This document shows positions 1 to 9,406 of a DNA stretch of 64,000 nucleotides, one piece after another. The notes below the pieces were generated by a model that was not told the origin of the DNA, did not search any database, and saw only the letters and a program-made list of their open reading frames with translations. Both the position numbers and the translations under genes were made by a program. This DNA comes from Shigella phage Sf22. The stretch lies in the sequence record MF158045, one strand, 5' to 3'. Numbering within the stretch: position 1 is the first letter of the stretch; each line of letters opens with the position of its first letter.

Positions 1-503
1 TAGACCCTTTGGTTATTTCATTTAGAATGGATTCAGAAGCTTGTAACTATCGTGCAATGCAAGACTGGGTTAACTCCGTTCAAGACCCAGTAACTGGATT
101 ACGTGCTTTGCCACAAGATGTCGAGGCAGATATTCAGGTTAATCTTCATTCTCGTAATGGATTACCTCATACTGCGGTGATGTTCACTGGATGCATTCCA
201 ATATCAGTGAGCGCTCCTGATTTATCATATGATGGAGATAACCAAATAACTACATTTGATGTTACTTTTGCGTATAGAGTCATGCAGGCTGGAGCGGTTG
301 ATAGACAAGCTGCGCTTGAATGGCTTGAATCTGCTGCTATAAATGGTATTCAAAGCGTTCTCGGAAATAGTGGAGGTGTTACTGGACTATCTAATTCGCT
401 TTCACGACTTAGTAGATTAGGAGGAACTGCAGGAAGCATTTCAAACATTAATACTATGACAGGGATTGTCAATTCGCAGAGTAAAATATTAGGAGCAATA
501 TAA
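1..503 (+). CDS. 54: Baseplate/tail-tube junction protein, C-terminal part; gene starts upstream of the window
   Basis: Open frame runs from the window edge to a stop at 503; sits immediately before alt as gene 54 does in T4; Gly/Ser-rich C-terminus. Assignment by synteny only. Confidence 0.5.
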   Translation, partial: DPLVISFRMDSEACNYRAMQDWVNSVQDPVTGLRALPQDVEADIQVNLHSRNGLPHTAVMFTGCIPISVSAPDLSYDGDNQITTFDVTFAYRVMQAGAVDRQAALEWLESAAINGIQSVLGNSGGVTGLSNSLSRLSRLGGTAGSISNINTMTGIVNSQSKILGAI

Positions 504-531
504 CAATGGGGACCTTTCGGTCCCCACATTT

Positions 532-822
532 TTATTTACGGAATGAAATGAAAGCAGCAACTGAAGCAACTAAACTGTCTTCAATATAAACTTCAATTTT
601 TACCGGAGCTTCTGACTCAAATTTACCTGTTACTACACCTTGGAAAATACTTTCAGTTTGTTCTGGCTTTGAAAAATTTTCAGAAGGAAAAATTCCGAAC
701 TTTTTATCTGTTCCAAAAATTTTAATAAATTCATCGTAAACTGCTTCATTAAAAGCATTATCAGCAGGAATAACGCCTTCAACTACAAGTTCTTGACCTA
801 AAAAGCGTAAAGAAGATTTCAT
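532..822 (-). CDS. Hypothetical protein (96 aa) downstream of alt
   Basis: ORF track; start is preceded by GAGGA and the conserved promoter-leader cassette. Confidence 0.55.
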   Translation of the reverse strand: MKSSLRFLGQELVVEGVIPADNAFNEAVYDEFIKIFGTDKKFGIFPSENFSKPEQTESIFQGVVTGKFESEAPVKIEVYIEDSLVASVAAFISFRK

Positions 823-853
823 TTTGTGTTCCTCATGTTATGTCAGTAAGACT

Positions 854-883
854 ACTATAACACAACACGAGGGACTTGTAAAC
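854..883 (-). promoter_or_regulatory. Early sigma70-type promoter (-35 GTTTAC, -10 TATAGT), copy 1 of an exactly duplicated 54-bp promoter-leader cassette
   Basis: Minus-strand reading GTTTAC-N18-TATAGT then leader ending in GAGGA; identical sequence recurs at 16152-16205. Confidence 0.5.
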
Positions 884-2940
884 TACATTTTGAACTTTTT
901 AGACATTCCGTTGATGTTAACCAAAGAAGCTAAGATTTGAGAAACTTCATTTTCCTCTTCTTTTGATTCTTCTACAAGGAATTGATTAAATCCAGCCATT
1001 GGACGAACTTCACCAGTTTCCATTAAATGGTCGCCATCATATACTGATTCTTCTAATTGTTCAGAAGGAGGAACGATTGTACCTTCGATTAGATACTTGT
1101 TATAAGCAGTTTCTTTCATAAAGTACGTGCTCACTTTATTAATCTTCAGTAAAATTCCACGTGGTAGAATAACTTCAGCTTCTGATGGAAATCCTGATAA
1201 ATGACCCGGAACGATAACTTTGATTCGCTCAGCTCCTTTAATTACCATACCCACGCTAGTTTCAGCATCTTCATTAGCATATGTAGAATGACTACCCATA
1301 TGCATCAAATCTTCTGCATCAACAGAACCTTCTCCTTCGCCAGAAAATACTGCACCGGAATCATCTAGAGCCATATAGTTTTTACCATGCTCACCGAAGA
1401 TATTTGGTTTAAGTGATGTTGATACGAAGTTCTTGAAATAGAACATTTTATTTTCAATATTATGGCGTAAAGTTTTAAAGGTAACTTCTTGTCCACGATA
1501 AAGCGTAGTTCCTGGAGGAAGAACTGAACCTTTAGCGAATGCAGAATCCATTGTCTCGATGTGTTTAATAGCTCGTTCCATGTATTCTTCACGGGTAGAA
1601 TCTGGTTTACCCAAAAGGAACGAGTTCATTTCAACATATGAATCTGCACAATAATCTTCAATTACATCAGATTCAGCTTGAGTTAATCCTTTTGGAGTTA
1701 CTTCGGTGCTTGCGTATTCATATGCCTGGGCAGCAGATTCATTAATCAATTTATAAATGCCATTCATGACAAATTGAATAATAGCTGTCTTTTCATCTGG
1801 CGTAGCTTTAGAACCTTTAACTAAATCATTAATAATTTTCTTAATAACATCAAAGCTATTAGAAATATTAATGTCAGCAAGATCGCTTAAAATTTTATCA
1901 GTTTTATAATCAAAGAATTCTTTATTCTTTAAATATTCTTGAGAACCTTGATATGTTATATCGCTCTGCAACTTGATAGATGGATCACGTAAACGTGCAT
2001 GTGCTAATGCAATATGATTTCGGAAGTTTTCTAGTTCATAATCGTTAGATTTAAAACGAGAAGCACTTCTCATACCACCGATAGCTCCTTTGCTAAAGTT
2101 TGAACCAATCTGGATAACCCCGGAGTTCATTGGTCCTTCTGCTTTATATACCGGAACTTTAGATTCAAACTCTTGATATTTCTTGGCAGCGAAGCTATCA
2201 CCCTGAAGTGAAGCATCGACAGTAGAATATTGAGCTTGTGCTGCTAATCGACGACTAATTTTAGTTTTCTGAATAACAGCTTGATCAGTGCGCTTATCAT
2301 TTTCTAAAGCAATAGAAGCAGCAACAGCGACAGCTTTAGGAACAGCATTACCTGTTTTAACGTCTACATAAACATCACCAACCTTTGATTCAACTTTTGT
2401 GAATAACTCAGTTGAAATAGGAGGTACACCTGGAATGTCTTCTAAATTGGCATTTTTACGGTAAACCATAATATATGCGTACTTTTTATCATAGTCCCAG
2501 ATTTCCTTTAAAAGAACATACCGACCTGCTCCTTTAGTACGTACTAAACGGTCAGCAATAACTTGCATTTGACGAGCTGCGCCATTTGTTTTACTCTTTA
2601 GTACGCGGAATAGGCATGCGTCGATTTTATACTGCTTCATTGTTTGAAGAGCAGTATCAAAAACAGCATTAATGACGCCAATTGGATTTCCACCCAAGTT
2701 TCTAAGCTTAACCAGCGATAATTTCTCGTTGACACCTATCATTACGATATGCATCATTTTATCGCCTGGCTTAACGTTTTTATTCGTATCACCACCAGAG
2801 GTGTATGTACAAAATCTAAATCCAGGAAGCACGCTTTCTTCGCCGGCTTGAATAGCAAAAATTTGTGGTATTTTATGCTTAGGATTTAAGTTAACAACCG
2901 GCGCCGAAGCGCCGTCAAATAATTCTGTAATAAGTTCCAT
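883..2940 (-). CDS. alt: Alt-family mono-ADP-ribosyltransferase, paralog A (685 aa)
   Basis: N-terminal MELITELFD... matches recalled T4 Alt; C-terminal domain carries R / STS / E-x-E motifs (LYRGQ, FVSTS, SEAEVILPRG). Confidence 0.85.
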   Translation of the reverse strand: MELITELFDGASAPVVNLNPKHKIPQIFAIQAGEESVLPGFRFCTYTSGGDTNKNVKPGDKMMHIVMIGVNEKLSLVKLRNLGGNPIGVINAVFDTALQTMKQYKIDACLFRVLKSKTNGAARQMQVIADRLVRTKGAGRYVLLKEIWDYDKKYAYIMVYRKNANLEDIPGVPPISTELFTKVESKVGDVYVDVKTGNAVPKAVAVAASIALENDKRTDQAVIQKTKISRRLAAQAQYSTVDASLQGDSFAAKKYQEFESKVPVYKAEGPMNSGVIQIGSNFSKGAIGGMRSASRFKSNDYELENFRNHIALAHARLRDPSIKLQSDITYQGSQEYLKNKEFFDYKTDKILSDLADINISNSFDVIKKIINDLVKGSKATPDEKTAIIQFVMNGIYKLINESAAQAYEYASTEVTPKGLTQAESDVIEDYCADSYVEMNSFLLGKPDSTREEYMERAIKHIETMDSAFAKGSVLPPGTTLYRGQEVTFKTLRHNIENKMFYFKNFVSTSLKPNIFGEHGKNYMALDDSGAVFSGEGEGSVDAEDLMHMGSHSTYANEDAETSVGMVIKGAERIKVIVPGHLSGFPSEAEVILPRGILLKINKVSTYFMKETAYNKYLIEGTIVPPSEQLEESVYDGDHLMETGEVRPMAGFNQFLVEESKEEENEVSQILASLVNINGMSKKFKM

Positions 2941-2943
2941 GAT

Positions 2944-5040
2944 TTATCCTTGAACGAACTTGTAAGGCATGTTTGTAATATCTATGCAAGACGCAATAAT
3001 TCCAAGAGATGATTCTACTTTCTGTTTAACATTTGATGAAACAAATGATGCAAAGTCAACTCTGTCTTCTATTTCAATATCACCTGTCATTGCAACTACT
3101 TCGCCAGTTTCCATTAAACGGTCACCGTCATAAATTACCGATTCGGTGAGTTCTTCGGTGGTCATAACTTCAGCTTGAATGAGTTTTGTATTATTAGACG
3201 TGGTTCCGTCATTATTAGAAGCATCAGTTATTTTATTAACTTTGACCATCAATCCGCGCGGTAGAATAACTTCGGCTTCTGTTGCTATTCCGAGACTTCC
3301 TGGATATACAACATTAACTTTATGAGCTCCATCAATTGCCCATCCTATTTGAACTTTAACGTATTCAGGATTTTCTTTATACGCTCTTATTTCGTTTGGA
3401 TTAATAGTTATTCCTTCTTCATTTTTATCAACTGTTAATTCATTGCGAGCTTCTGGTTCTAAAAGACCAATACCAGCATGTGTAATTCCAAAACGTCCAA
3501 AAATGATAGGAGTTAAAGAAGTAGATACAAAATTTCTGAAATAGAACACTTTATTTTTAACTAGTGCTTCGTATATAGGAGCAGTCATACTTTGAGCACG
3601 ATAAACTGTAATGCCTTCCGGTATACGGTCACCATTTTCAAAAGCTGAATCTAAATTATTTATAGCAGATTCAATTTCTTTTTCACTCATTATATCATAT
3701 CGTTCTGGATTGTAACGACCTAAAAGAAGATTATTGATGTCTGTATATCCTGAACCACAATACTCTCTAATGCCGCGCTTTTGTGATGGAGTATATTTAG
3801 AACCATCACGGGCAATAGTAATATCAATCATTGGACCTGCACCAATTCCGGAAAAGCTATAAATCATTCGTTTGAGGAATTTAGTTTTTGCTGCATTCCA
3901 GGCATTTTTAGTTATTTCTCCCCAGACTTCATCTGGTTGCCCTTTACGAGTTTTATTATGTTTATCAAGCCAATTATCTTTATATTCTTCAAAGAATTTA
4001 TTAACAGCTGCTGCGTATTTCTCTAAACATTTTATTGAAGTAGTTGGTTCATTTTTGATTGCGTTAAAAATTACATCTTTAATTTTTTCGGAAACTTCAT
4101 CAACCTCACTTTTTGAAAAGAATTTATAGTCATAGTGAAGTTCATTCGCAGTTCCTTCGGCAATAATTTTTGCTGCCTTAGTTTTAGAAGCTAATGAATT
4201 AATTCCAAGCTTCATTTCTTCTGCTTCGGGAATTAAAGGAGCGGTAGCAGGTTTATTGAAATTAGCTGCGGTAGATTCATACTTCTGGAATAATTCACTT
4301 TCAAATCTAGAAGACTCTAACGATTGACTTTGTGCAATTGCTCTACGGGAAATTTTAACTTTAACGATTACAGCTTGGTCAGAACGTTTATCGTTTTCTT
4401 GTGCAATAGATGCTGCAATTGCCTCATTTTTAGTTACTTGAGCCCCAGTATCTTTATTGATATAAACATCACCGACCTTCGATTCAACTTTAGTAAAGAG
4501 CTCGGTACTAATTTCCGGAACTCCTGGAATGTCTTCTAGTGATACATTTTTGCGATGTATAAGAATATATGCATACTTTTTATCATAATCCCAGAGTTCC
4601 TTAAGAAGGACGTATCTGCCACCTGAACGACTACGGATAAGTCTATCAGCAATAACTTGAATTTGTCGAGCTTGACCAGCGGTTTTAGACTTAAGAATAC
4701 GGAGCATACAGGCATCAATTTTATACTGACGCATTGTTTGCATTGCAACAGTAAAAACTGAATTGATATAATTAATTGGGCTTGGACCAAGACCTTTTAA
4801 TTTAGCAATTGAACCTTTAGCAGTTAATGTAAAAGGAACAATATGCATCATTTTATCGCCCATCTTTAAATCGCGATTAGTATCACCTCCAGATGTATAG
4901 GTACATAAACGAAAGCCTGGCTGTTCAATTGCATCATCAACGTGAACTGAAAAAATTTGCGGTATTTTCTTCTTTGGATTTAAGTTTGTAATCGGAAGAG
5001 TAGTATCTTCGTCAAATAATTCTGTAATAAGTTCCATCAT
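2944..5040 (-). CDS. alt: Alt-family mono-ADP-ribosyltransferase, paralog B (698 aa)
   Basis: First ~230 aa closely similar to paralog A; central region diverged; catalytic motifs retained (VYRAQ, FVSTS, TEAEVILPRG). Which copy is the T4 alt orthologue cannot be decided without alignment. Confidence 0.85.
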   Translation of the reverse strand: MMELITELFDEDTTLPITNLNPKKKIPQIFSVHVDDAIEQPGFRLCTYTSGGDTNRDLKMGDKMMHIVPFTLTAKGSIAKLKGLGPSPINYINSVFTVAMQTMRQYKIDACMLRILKSKTAGQARQIQVIADRLIRSRSGGRYVLLKELWDYDKKYAYILIHRKNVSLEDIPGVPEISTELFTKVESKVGDVYINKDTGAQVTKNEAIAASIAQENDKRSDQAVIVKVKISRRAIAQSQSLESSRFESELFQKYESTAANFNKPATAPLIPEAEEMKLGINSLASKTKAAKIIAEGTANELHYDYKFFSKSEVDEVSEKIKDVIFNAIKNEPTTSIKCLEKYAAAVNKFFEEYKDNWLDKHNKTRKGQPDEVWGEITKNAWNAAKTKFLKRMIYSFSGIGAGPMIDITIARDGSKYTPSQKRGIREYCGSGYTDINNLLLGRYNPERYDIMSEKEIESAINNLDSAFENGDRIPEGITVYRAQSMTAPIYEALVKNKVFYFRNFVSTSLTPIIFGRFGITHAGIGLLEPEARNELTVDKNEEGITINPNEIRAYKENPEYVKVQIGWAIDGAHKVNVVYPGSLGIATEAEVILPRGLMVKVNKITDASNNDGTTSNNTKLIQAEVMTTEELTESVIYDGDRLMETGEVVAMTGDIEIEDRVDFASFVSSNVKQKVESSLGIIASCIDITNMPYKFVQG

Positions 5041-5061
5041 AGCCTCTCTAGTGTTTATTCT

Positions 5062-5069
5062 ATTTATAA
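5062..5069 (-). promoter_or_regulatory. Candidate late promoter (TATAAATA) upstream of the alt pair
   Basis: Exact TATAAATA on minus strand ~25 nt upstream of the paralog B start; Alt is a virion-packaged protein. Confidence 0.45.
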
Positions 5070-5073
5070 AATT

Positions 5074-5091
5074 AAAGGCCCGAAGGCCTTT
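5074..5091 (-). terminator. Stem-loop AAAGGCC-CGAA-GGCCTTT with adjacent T-rich tract
   Basis: Perfect 7-bp stem, 4-nt loop; same hairpin sequence recurs at 52626-52643. Confidence 0.45.
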
Positions 5092-5278
5092 AGTAATCTA
5101 GTGGTAAGAGAGTACGATATATTTCAAACTTTGGTCCTTTTTCATAGGCATCAAATGTTTCTGTAAATTTATTATAAGCGTATGCATCTACAAATTCGAG
5201 AATGACTTGTGATACAGAAGTAGAAACATCTCCACCTTCTTTTTGAGCAATGACAATTGTTTCTAAGTAAGCTTTCAT
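5090..5278 (-). CDS. Hypothetical protein (62 aa)
   Basis: ORF track; start overlaps the ligase stop. Confidence 0.5.
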   Translation of the reverse strand: MKAYLETIVIAQKEGGDVSTSVSQVILEFVDAYAYNKFTETFDAYEKGPKFEIYRTLLPLDY

Positions 5279-6738
5279 AGACCAGTTACCTCATGAAAAT
5301 CACCAAATACATCCTCGAATGTATTAGCTTTAGTTTTATCTTCACGTAAACGAATCGCAATCGGAAGAAATAATTTAACGTAATCAGTGCGGCCATCAGA
5401 TTTTAACCAACCGTTGCATTCGCACTCTAGAATTTTTCCAATATAATAATTTTGGTTTTCCATAATGCGAGTACGGTCAAGCTCATGTGATTTTACGCCG
5501 GCTTTATCTTTTAAGCCTGAACCAGCATTTACTTTAATTTTTCCACATTCTGATTCAAGAATAAATCCACCCGCTTTAGTAGGGTCTTTACGGTGAGGAT
5601 AAATTCCTACAATTTTTAAATCAACATCAATTACTTCTTTAAATTTATAAAGATTTTTTGAACGAGCATTTTCCCATAATCCATCGATATTTTTGAGAAT
5701 AATACCTTCAAGACCTTGGTCAATATACTTTTTGTAAATTACCTTAGCTTCATCTAGGTTATTTACTACCTGGTTTTCAATTAAAATTACTTTATCATAG
5801 CCTGATGTCATTTGTTCTAGTTTAGAAAAACGTACATCATACTTTAAACGAAATGCAGGAAGACCATATATTTCTACTAATGGAACATAGTCCCAGACCT
5901 GAAACTTCATGCATTGTGCTTCTTTTTCGGAAATGGTTCCCTTTAAAGATTTATTAGCGATTCCATTAGAAGCAGTACGTGATTCAGCTACTTCGGCGAA
6001 TTCTTTAGCTTTACTAATTTCAGGATAAGCATCAAAAAGAAAATCTAGGCCTTCTGGTTCCTTTTTAACTTGCTCATGGTATACCAATTCGCCATCAATT
6101 AACACACCTTCTGGATGAATCTGGCGGGCTTCAGCGGTCATTTTGATTAACTCTTCCTTGAGAAGATCTAATCCTAGATATTCATTACCAGCTCGTGATA
6201 AAAGACGAACATCATCTAATTCATCACCTCTGACTTCAGCAAAGCACCGAGCTCCATCAGCTTTTAATTGGGCAAAGGCTGGAAATTTGATATTCTTATT
6301 AATGCCTTTTTCATCATAAGAACTTGCCAGCATTTGAGGTTGTTCAGGAATTAAACCTGGCCAAACTTTGTTTGCAATAGATACTGATGCACCACATTCA
6401 AGGTCTCGCATCATCACCCGACGCAAAACTTCAACATCATCTTTTTTACCGTCAGCAATATATCCAGTTAATTCCTCAATTGCCGCATTTCCGGTCAATT
6501 TCCGAGTAGCTAACGTTAATTCAATGAAGTCAAGCATATCGGTAAGAGTCAACATTCCAAAACTCTGGGTAGCAATACCAGGTTTAGGCCATTTCTTGAT
6601 ATAATACTGTAACCCACGAGAATAAGTCAGACGATATACTCGTTTAAGCAATTCATTATCTTTATTCTTTTCAAGAATTGCTTGCTTCTGCTTAGTTGAA
6701 CCAATAGATGCTATTTCGTTCAGAATTTTAAGAATCAT
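5275..6738 (-). CDS. 30: ATP-dependent DNA ligase
   Basis: 487 aa, MILKILNEIASIGSTKQKQAILEKNKDNELLKRVYRLTY... matches recalled T4 DNA ligase throughout. Confidence 0.97.
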   Translation of the reverse strand: MILKILNEIASIGSTKQKQAILEKNKDNELLKRVYRLTYSRGLQYYIKKWPKPGIATQSFGMLTLTDMLDFIELTLATRKLTGNAAIEELTGYIADGKKDDVEVLRRVMMRDLECGASVSIANKVWPGLIPEQPQMLASSYDEKGINKNIKFPAFAQLKADGARCFAEVRGDELDDVRLLSRAGNEYLGLDLLKEELIKMTAEARQIHPEGVLIDGELVYHEQVKKEPEGLDFLFDAYPEISKAKEFAEVAESRTASNGIANKSLKGTISEKEAQCMKFQVWDYVPLVEIYGLPAFRLKYDVRFSKLEQMTSGYDKVILIENQVVNNLDEAKVIYKKYIDQGLEGIILKNIDGLWENARSKNLYKFKEVIDVDLKIVGIYPHRKDPTKAGGFILESECGKIKVNAGSGLKDKAGVKSHELDRTRIMENQNYYIGKILECECNGWLKSDGRTDYVKLFLPIAIRLREDKTKANTFEDVFGDFHEVTGL

Positions 6739-7004
6739 TGTTCATCCTTTAGAGTTTGGTTTACAGCTCTATTATAAATCAATTCATCATTAAGCTCAGT
6801 CAAAGACCTGTGGTACGTGGTTCTAACTTTATTTCCTTGCATCCAGTGCTTGACGTAAATGAAACCTTGCTCTACACATTTTTTAAAAATTCGTTCGTCT
6901 TTTTGAGCTCGAAATTCTGGATTGCATCTAAAAAATTGATTTACGTGACCGTAATCACGTGTAGTATTACCTTCATTTTCATAAATAGTGTGAACGACAA
7001 ACAT
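6735..7004 (-). CDS. Hypothetical protein (89 aa), 30.1 position
   Basis: ORF track; synteny. Confidence 0.55.
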   Translation of the reverse strand: MFVVHTIYENEGNTTRDYGHVNQFFRCNPEFRAQKDERIFKKCVEQGFIYVKHWMQGNKVRTTYHRSLTELNDELIYNRAVNQTLKDEQ

Positions 7005-7840
7005 TAGAATGCTCCTTGGAAAATATTATCACCACCAGTAGGTCTATTATACAAATACTCTATGCCACCAGGTTTAATATAGTTCCATGTCTGAAAAGGA
7101 TGCGTCTGATATGGATGATATAGATTATAAGGATTAAATCCAGGAGTTCTCCAGGTAGTGTTCCAAGGAAAAGAATCGTTTTTAATCATCTTCTCAATTA
7201 CATCTTTTATAACTTTTTCACTATCAAAACTTTCTTTATTTTCCTTCGATGGAAAAAGTTTATTCTCTACATCATTCCATGTATAAACTCGCTGCGCAGT
7301 TTTTGGAATATTGTCACGCTCCCCTCGAGCCATCCAATAAACAGGAACATTTAATAATTCACTTGCATGATCGCAGTGGTGAGCGAGATCGTCAATATAA
7401 CAAATTACGTTATATTTCTCTTTTGCCTTTTTGAACAACTCTTCTTTTGAAGAATCATGACTACACATCAGTACTTCTGAGAAGGCACCAGGAAAAAGAG
7501 CATTCAAATTAAATTGACGATTCAACAGAGCGTCAATAGAATCACCCAGTGCTGTAACAGCAACAAAATTATAATCTTCTTTTAATTTGTTAATTACACA
7601 CAGAGCATCTTTATATGGAGACAAGTAACGAATAAAATCCGAACGATTGTATTTTTCAATTAGCTTAACGCCAAGATCTTCATCACAGTTAAAGAGTTTA
7701 CCTGGAGAAATAAATTTTTCGTCCTGAATCATTTTTAAAATATGTTCTAACGGAAGATTATATTTCTGAGCAAAATAAGGAAGACCTGATTGCCAGCTTA
7801 AACATACACCATCAATATCAGTCAAAATAGTAGGCTTCAT
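7004..7840 (-). CDS. HAD-superfamily hydrolase-like protein (278 aa), 30.2 position
   Basis: N-terminal LTDIDGVCL resembles HAD motif I (DxDG[VT]). Confidence 0.6.
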   Translation of the reverse strand: MKPTILTDIDGVCLSWQSGLPYFAQKYNLPLEHILKMIQDEKFISPGKLFNCDEDLGVKLIEKYNRSDFIRYLSPYKDALCVINKLKEDYNFVAVTALGDSIDALLNRQFNLNALFPGAFSEVLMCSHDSSKEELFKKAKEKYNVICYIDDLAHHCDHASELLNVPVYWMARGERDNIPKTAQRVYTWNDVENKLFPSKENKESFDSEKVIKDVIEKMIKNDSFPWNTTWRTPGFNPYNLYHPYQTHPFQTWNYIKPGGIEYLYNRPTGGDNIFQGAF

Positions 7841-8301
7841 AGAGAGTCTCTTAGTAGGTTTAACACATCAATAAATTCAGCTTCGGTTAGTATTGTATCA
7901 TCTTTTGTTAGACCACTAGCCATGCTGTGCTTCAAAACTTTTCCTTTTGAGGCTTGTAAGGCATCACGAAAGCCCTTGTTTTGGATCGCTGCTTCAAAAT
8001 ATGCATTTGTATACAACTCTTTCCACGCTGGAGAGTATCTTGAAAATGGAACTCCAAGCCAGAAGAGGGTCCCACGGTCCTGAGCTCTAGCATAAGACCT
8101 TCCAGCTTGTTGGGCGGCAAGCCCGGATAACCCAAATACACGACGTTGTTGTTCAACATTTTTCACCTTGCATCCTTGGAGGAATCCTTCAAGACCTCCA
8201 AATTGAATACCATCCATGACGAAAGGCCATTGGGCGAAATTACTTAATGCACATGATGGCCACCTAAAATTGCTTCTAATCTCTAACTCAGACATTTTCA
8301 A
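7837..8301 (-). CDS. NADAR/YbiA-like (DUF1768) protein (154 aa), 30.3 position
   Basis: LSNFAQWPFVMDGIQFGGLEGFLQGCK resembles the NADAR signature. Confidence 0.55.
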   Translation of the reverse strand: MKMSELEIRSNFRWPSCALSNFAQWPFVMDGIQFGGLEGFLQGCKVKNVEQQRRVFGLSGLAAQQAGRSYARAQDRGTLFWLGVPFSRYSPAWKELYTNAYFEAAIQNKGFRDALQASKGKVLKHSMASGLTKDDTILTEAEFIDVLNLLRDSL

Positions 8302-8494
8302 TGCTTATAATTTCAACATCAGCCCAATGACCATAGCAAGGAAGACGAAATTCAACTGGCCAGTTAGGGTCCTTTTCTAATATAATAGACTCAACTTGTG
8401 GTTCTTCATGTTCATCAGTATATGGATTTTTATCTGTTACTTTATATGTGACCTTAATGTACTGAATTCCAAAAATCTTATTAATTATATTCAT
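8288..8494 (-). CDS. Hypothetical protein (68 aa)
   Basis: ORF track. Confidence 0.45.
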   Translation of the reverse strand: MNIINKIFGIQYIKVTYKVTDKNPYTDEHEEPQVESIILEKDPNWPVEFRLPCYGHWADVEIISIENV

Positions 8495-8688
8495 ACTAAT
8501 TCCTTTAATCCGTAAATAGGAGATAATTCATCACCCATGCGAAGGTCTTCATTTCCATCTACCCAGGAAACAATATAAGCCTCTTTTATTTGAATACCAC
8601 TCCATTTAAATGGAGGTAGAACCTTAGAAATTAATCCAGGTATACCAACTCCCTTTAATTCAACAGTTTGACCTAAAAAGAATTTCAT
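8491..8688 (-). CDS. Hypothetical protein (65 aa)
   Basis: ORF track; start overlaps upstream stop. Confidence 0.45.
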   Translation of the reverse strand: MKFFLGQTVELKGVGIPGLISKVLPPFKWSGIQIKEAYIVSWVDGNEDLRMGDELSPIYGLKELV

Positions 8689-8975
8689 TAGAACCTCATC
8701 TGAAAACCGTGCGATTTAACATTACCGCCGCCAATATCAGAAATGTTAATTTCACGCGCAATTGAAGGGTCAATGTCAATTTCACGATTGAGTTTAGTGA
8801 TAGCTAAAGTATCGCGCCCATTTACAGTACGAAACTCTAAAGGACAAACCACATCAACATAGTTTTTAATCGATTCGCTAGTAGGTTGCAAATGTGCAGG
8901 AAGGTCTTTAGGCGCCTTTGAGAAAACTACTTCGCAGAAGTTTTTACGGGTATCAAAATAAGTGGTCATAAACAT
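8688..8975 (-). CDS. Hypothetical protein (95 aa)
   Basis: ORF track; GAGG RBS. Confidence 0.5.
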   Translation of the reverse strand: MFMTTYFDTRKNFCEVVFSKAPKDLPAHLQPTSESIKNYVDVVCPLEFRTVNGRDTLAITKLNREIDIDPSIAREINISDIGGGNVKSHGFQMRF

Positions 8976-9015
8976 AATAATTCCTCAGTAAGGGGCTGAA
9001 GCCCCTCATTTTATT

Positions 9016-9381
9016 TTAAATATCAAATTCGTTAAGAACTACATCAAAGATTGCTTCCAAGTGCTCAGGTTTAGCTTTGTTACTCAGAATATGACGAATC
9101 CAAGTTTTAACCAAAAGCTTGCGATTAACGCCATTCCAGCAAGGATGAGCCCCTAAATCGCGTTGACGGAAATCATCATCCAGAGCGATTTTAAAGTTGG
9201 AACCTTCCATTGTGATTGAAACCGTGATACCGTTTTCAAATCGCATATAAACGTAATTAGGAGTCATATACTGTTCAATTTCGCATACTGAACCATTTTG
9301 ATGTTTCCAGAGGCAAATAGTATCAATAGAACCTGCAATACCATTAGAAACATATTTACGTTCAAAGTTAATGTAGTTCAT
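9016..9381 (-). CDS. Hypothetical protein (121 aa; start moved to MNYINF)
   Basis: Conserved leader TTGGAGAATAAAATG; the track start is a TTG inside the RBS. Confidence 0.5.
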   Translation of the reverse strand: MNYINFERKYVSNGIAGSIDTICLWKHQNGSVCEIEQYMTPNYVYMRFENGITVSITMEGSNFKIALDDDFRQRDLGAHPCWNGVNRKLLVKTWIRHILSNKAKPEHLEAIFDVVLNEFDI

Positions 9382-9406
9382 TTTATTCTCCAAGATGTTT
9401 AATTGC

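Noticed and set aside
1365-1592. Short ORFs antisense to or nested in large genes (examples: 1365-1592, 3872-4129, 4324-4539, 4536-4790, 14048-14368, 19347-19715, 25885-26364, 35712-35927, 47624-47986, 54588-55046)
   Set aside because: They lie inside well-supported genes, lack RBS signals and have low-complexity or hydrophobic composition typical of spurious frames in AT-rich DNA.
8983-9000. GGGGC-TGAA-GCCCC hairpin as a minus-strand terminator
   Set aside because: On the transcribed minus strand it is followed by the RBS and start of the next gene rather than a T-run; more likely an RNA stability or processing element, so not listed as a terminator.
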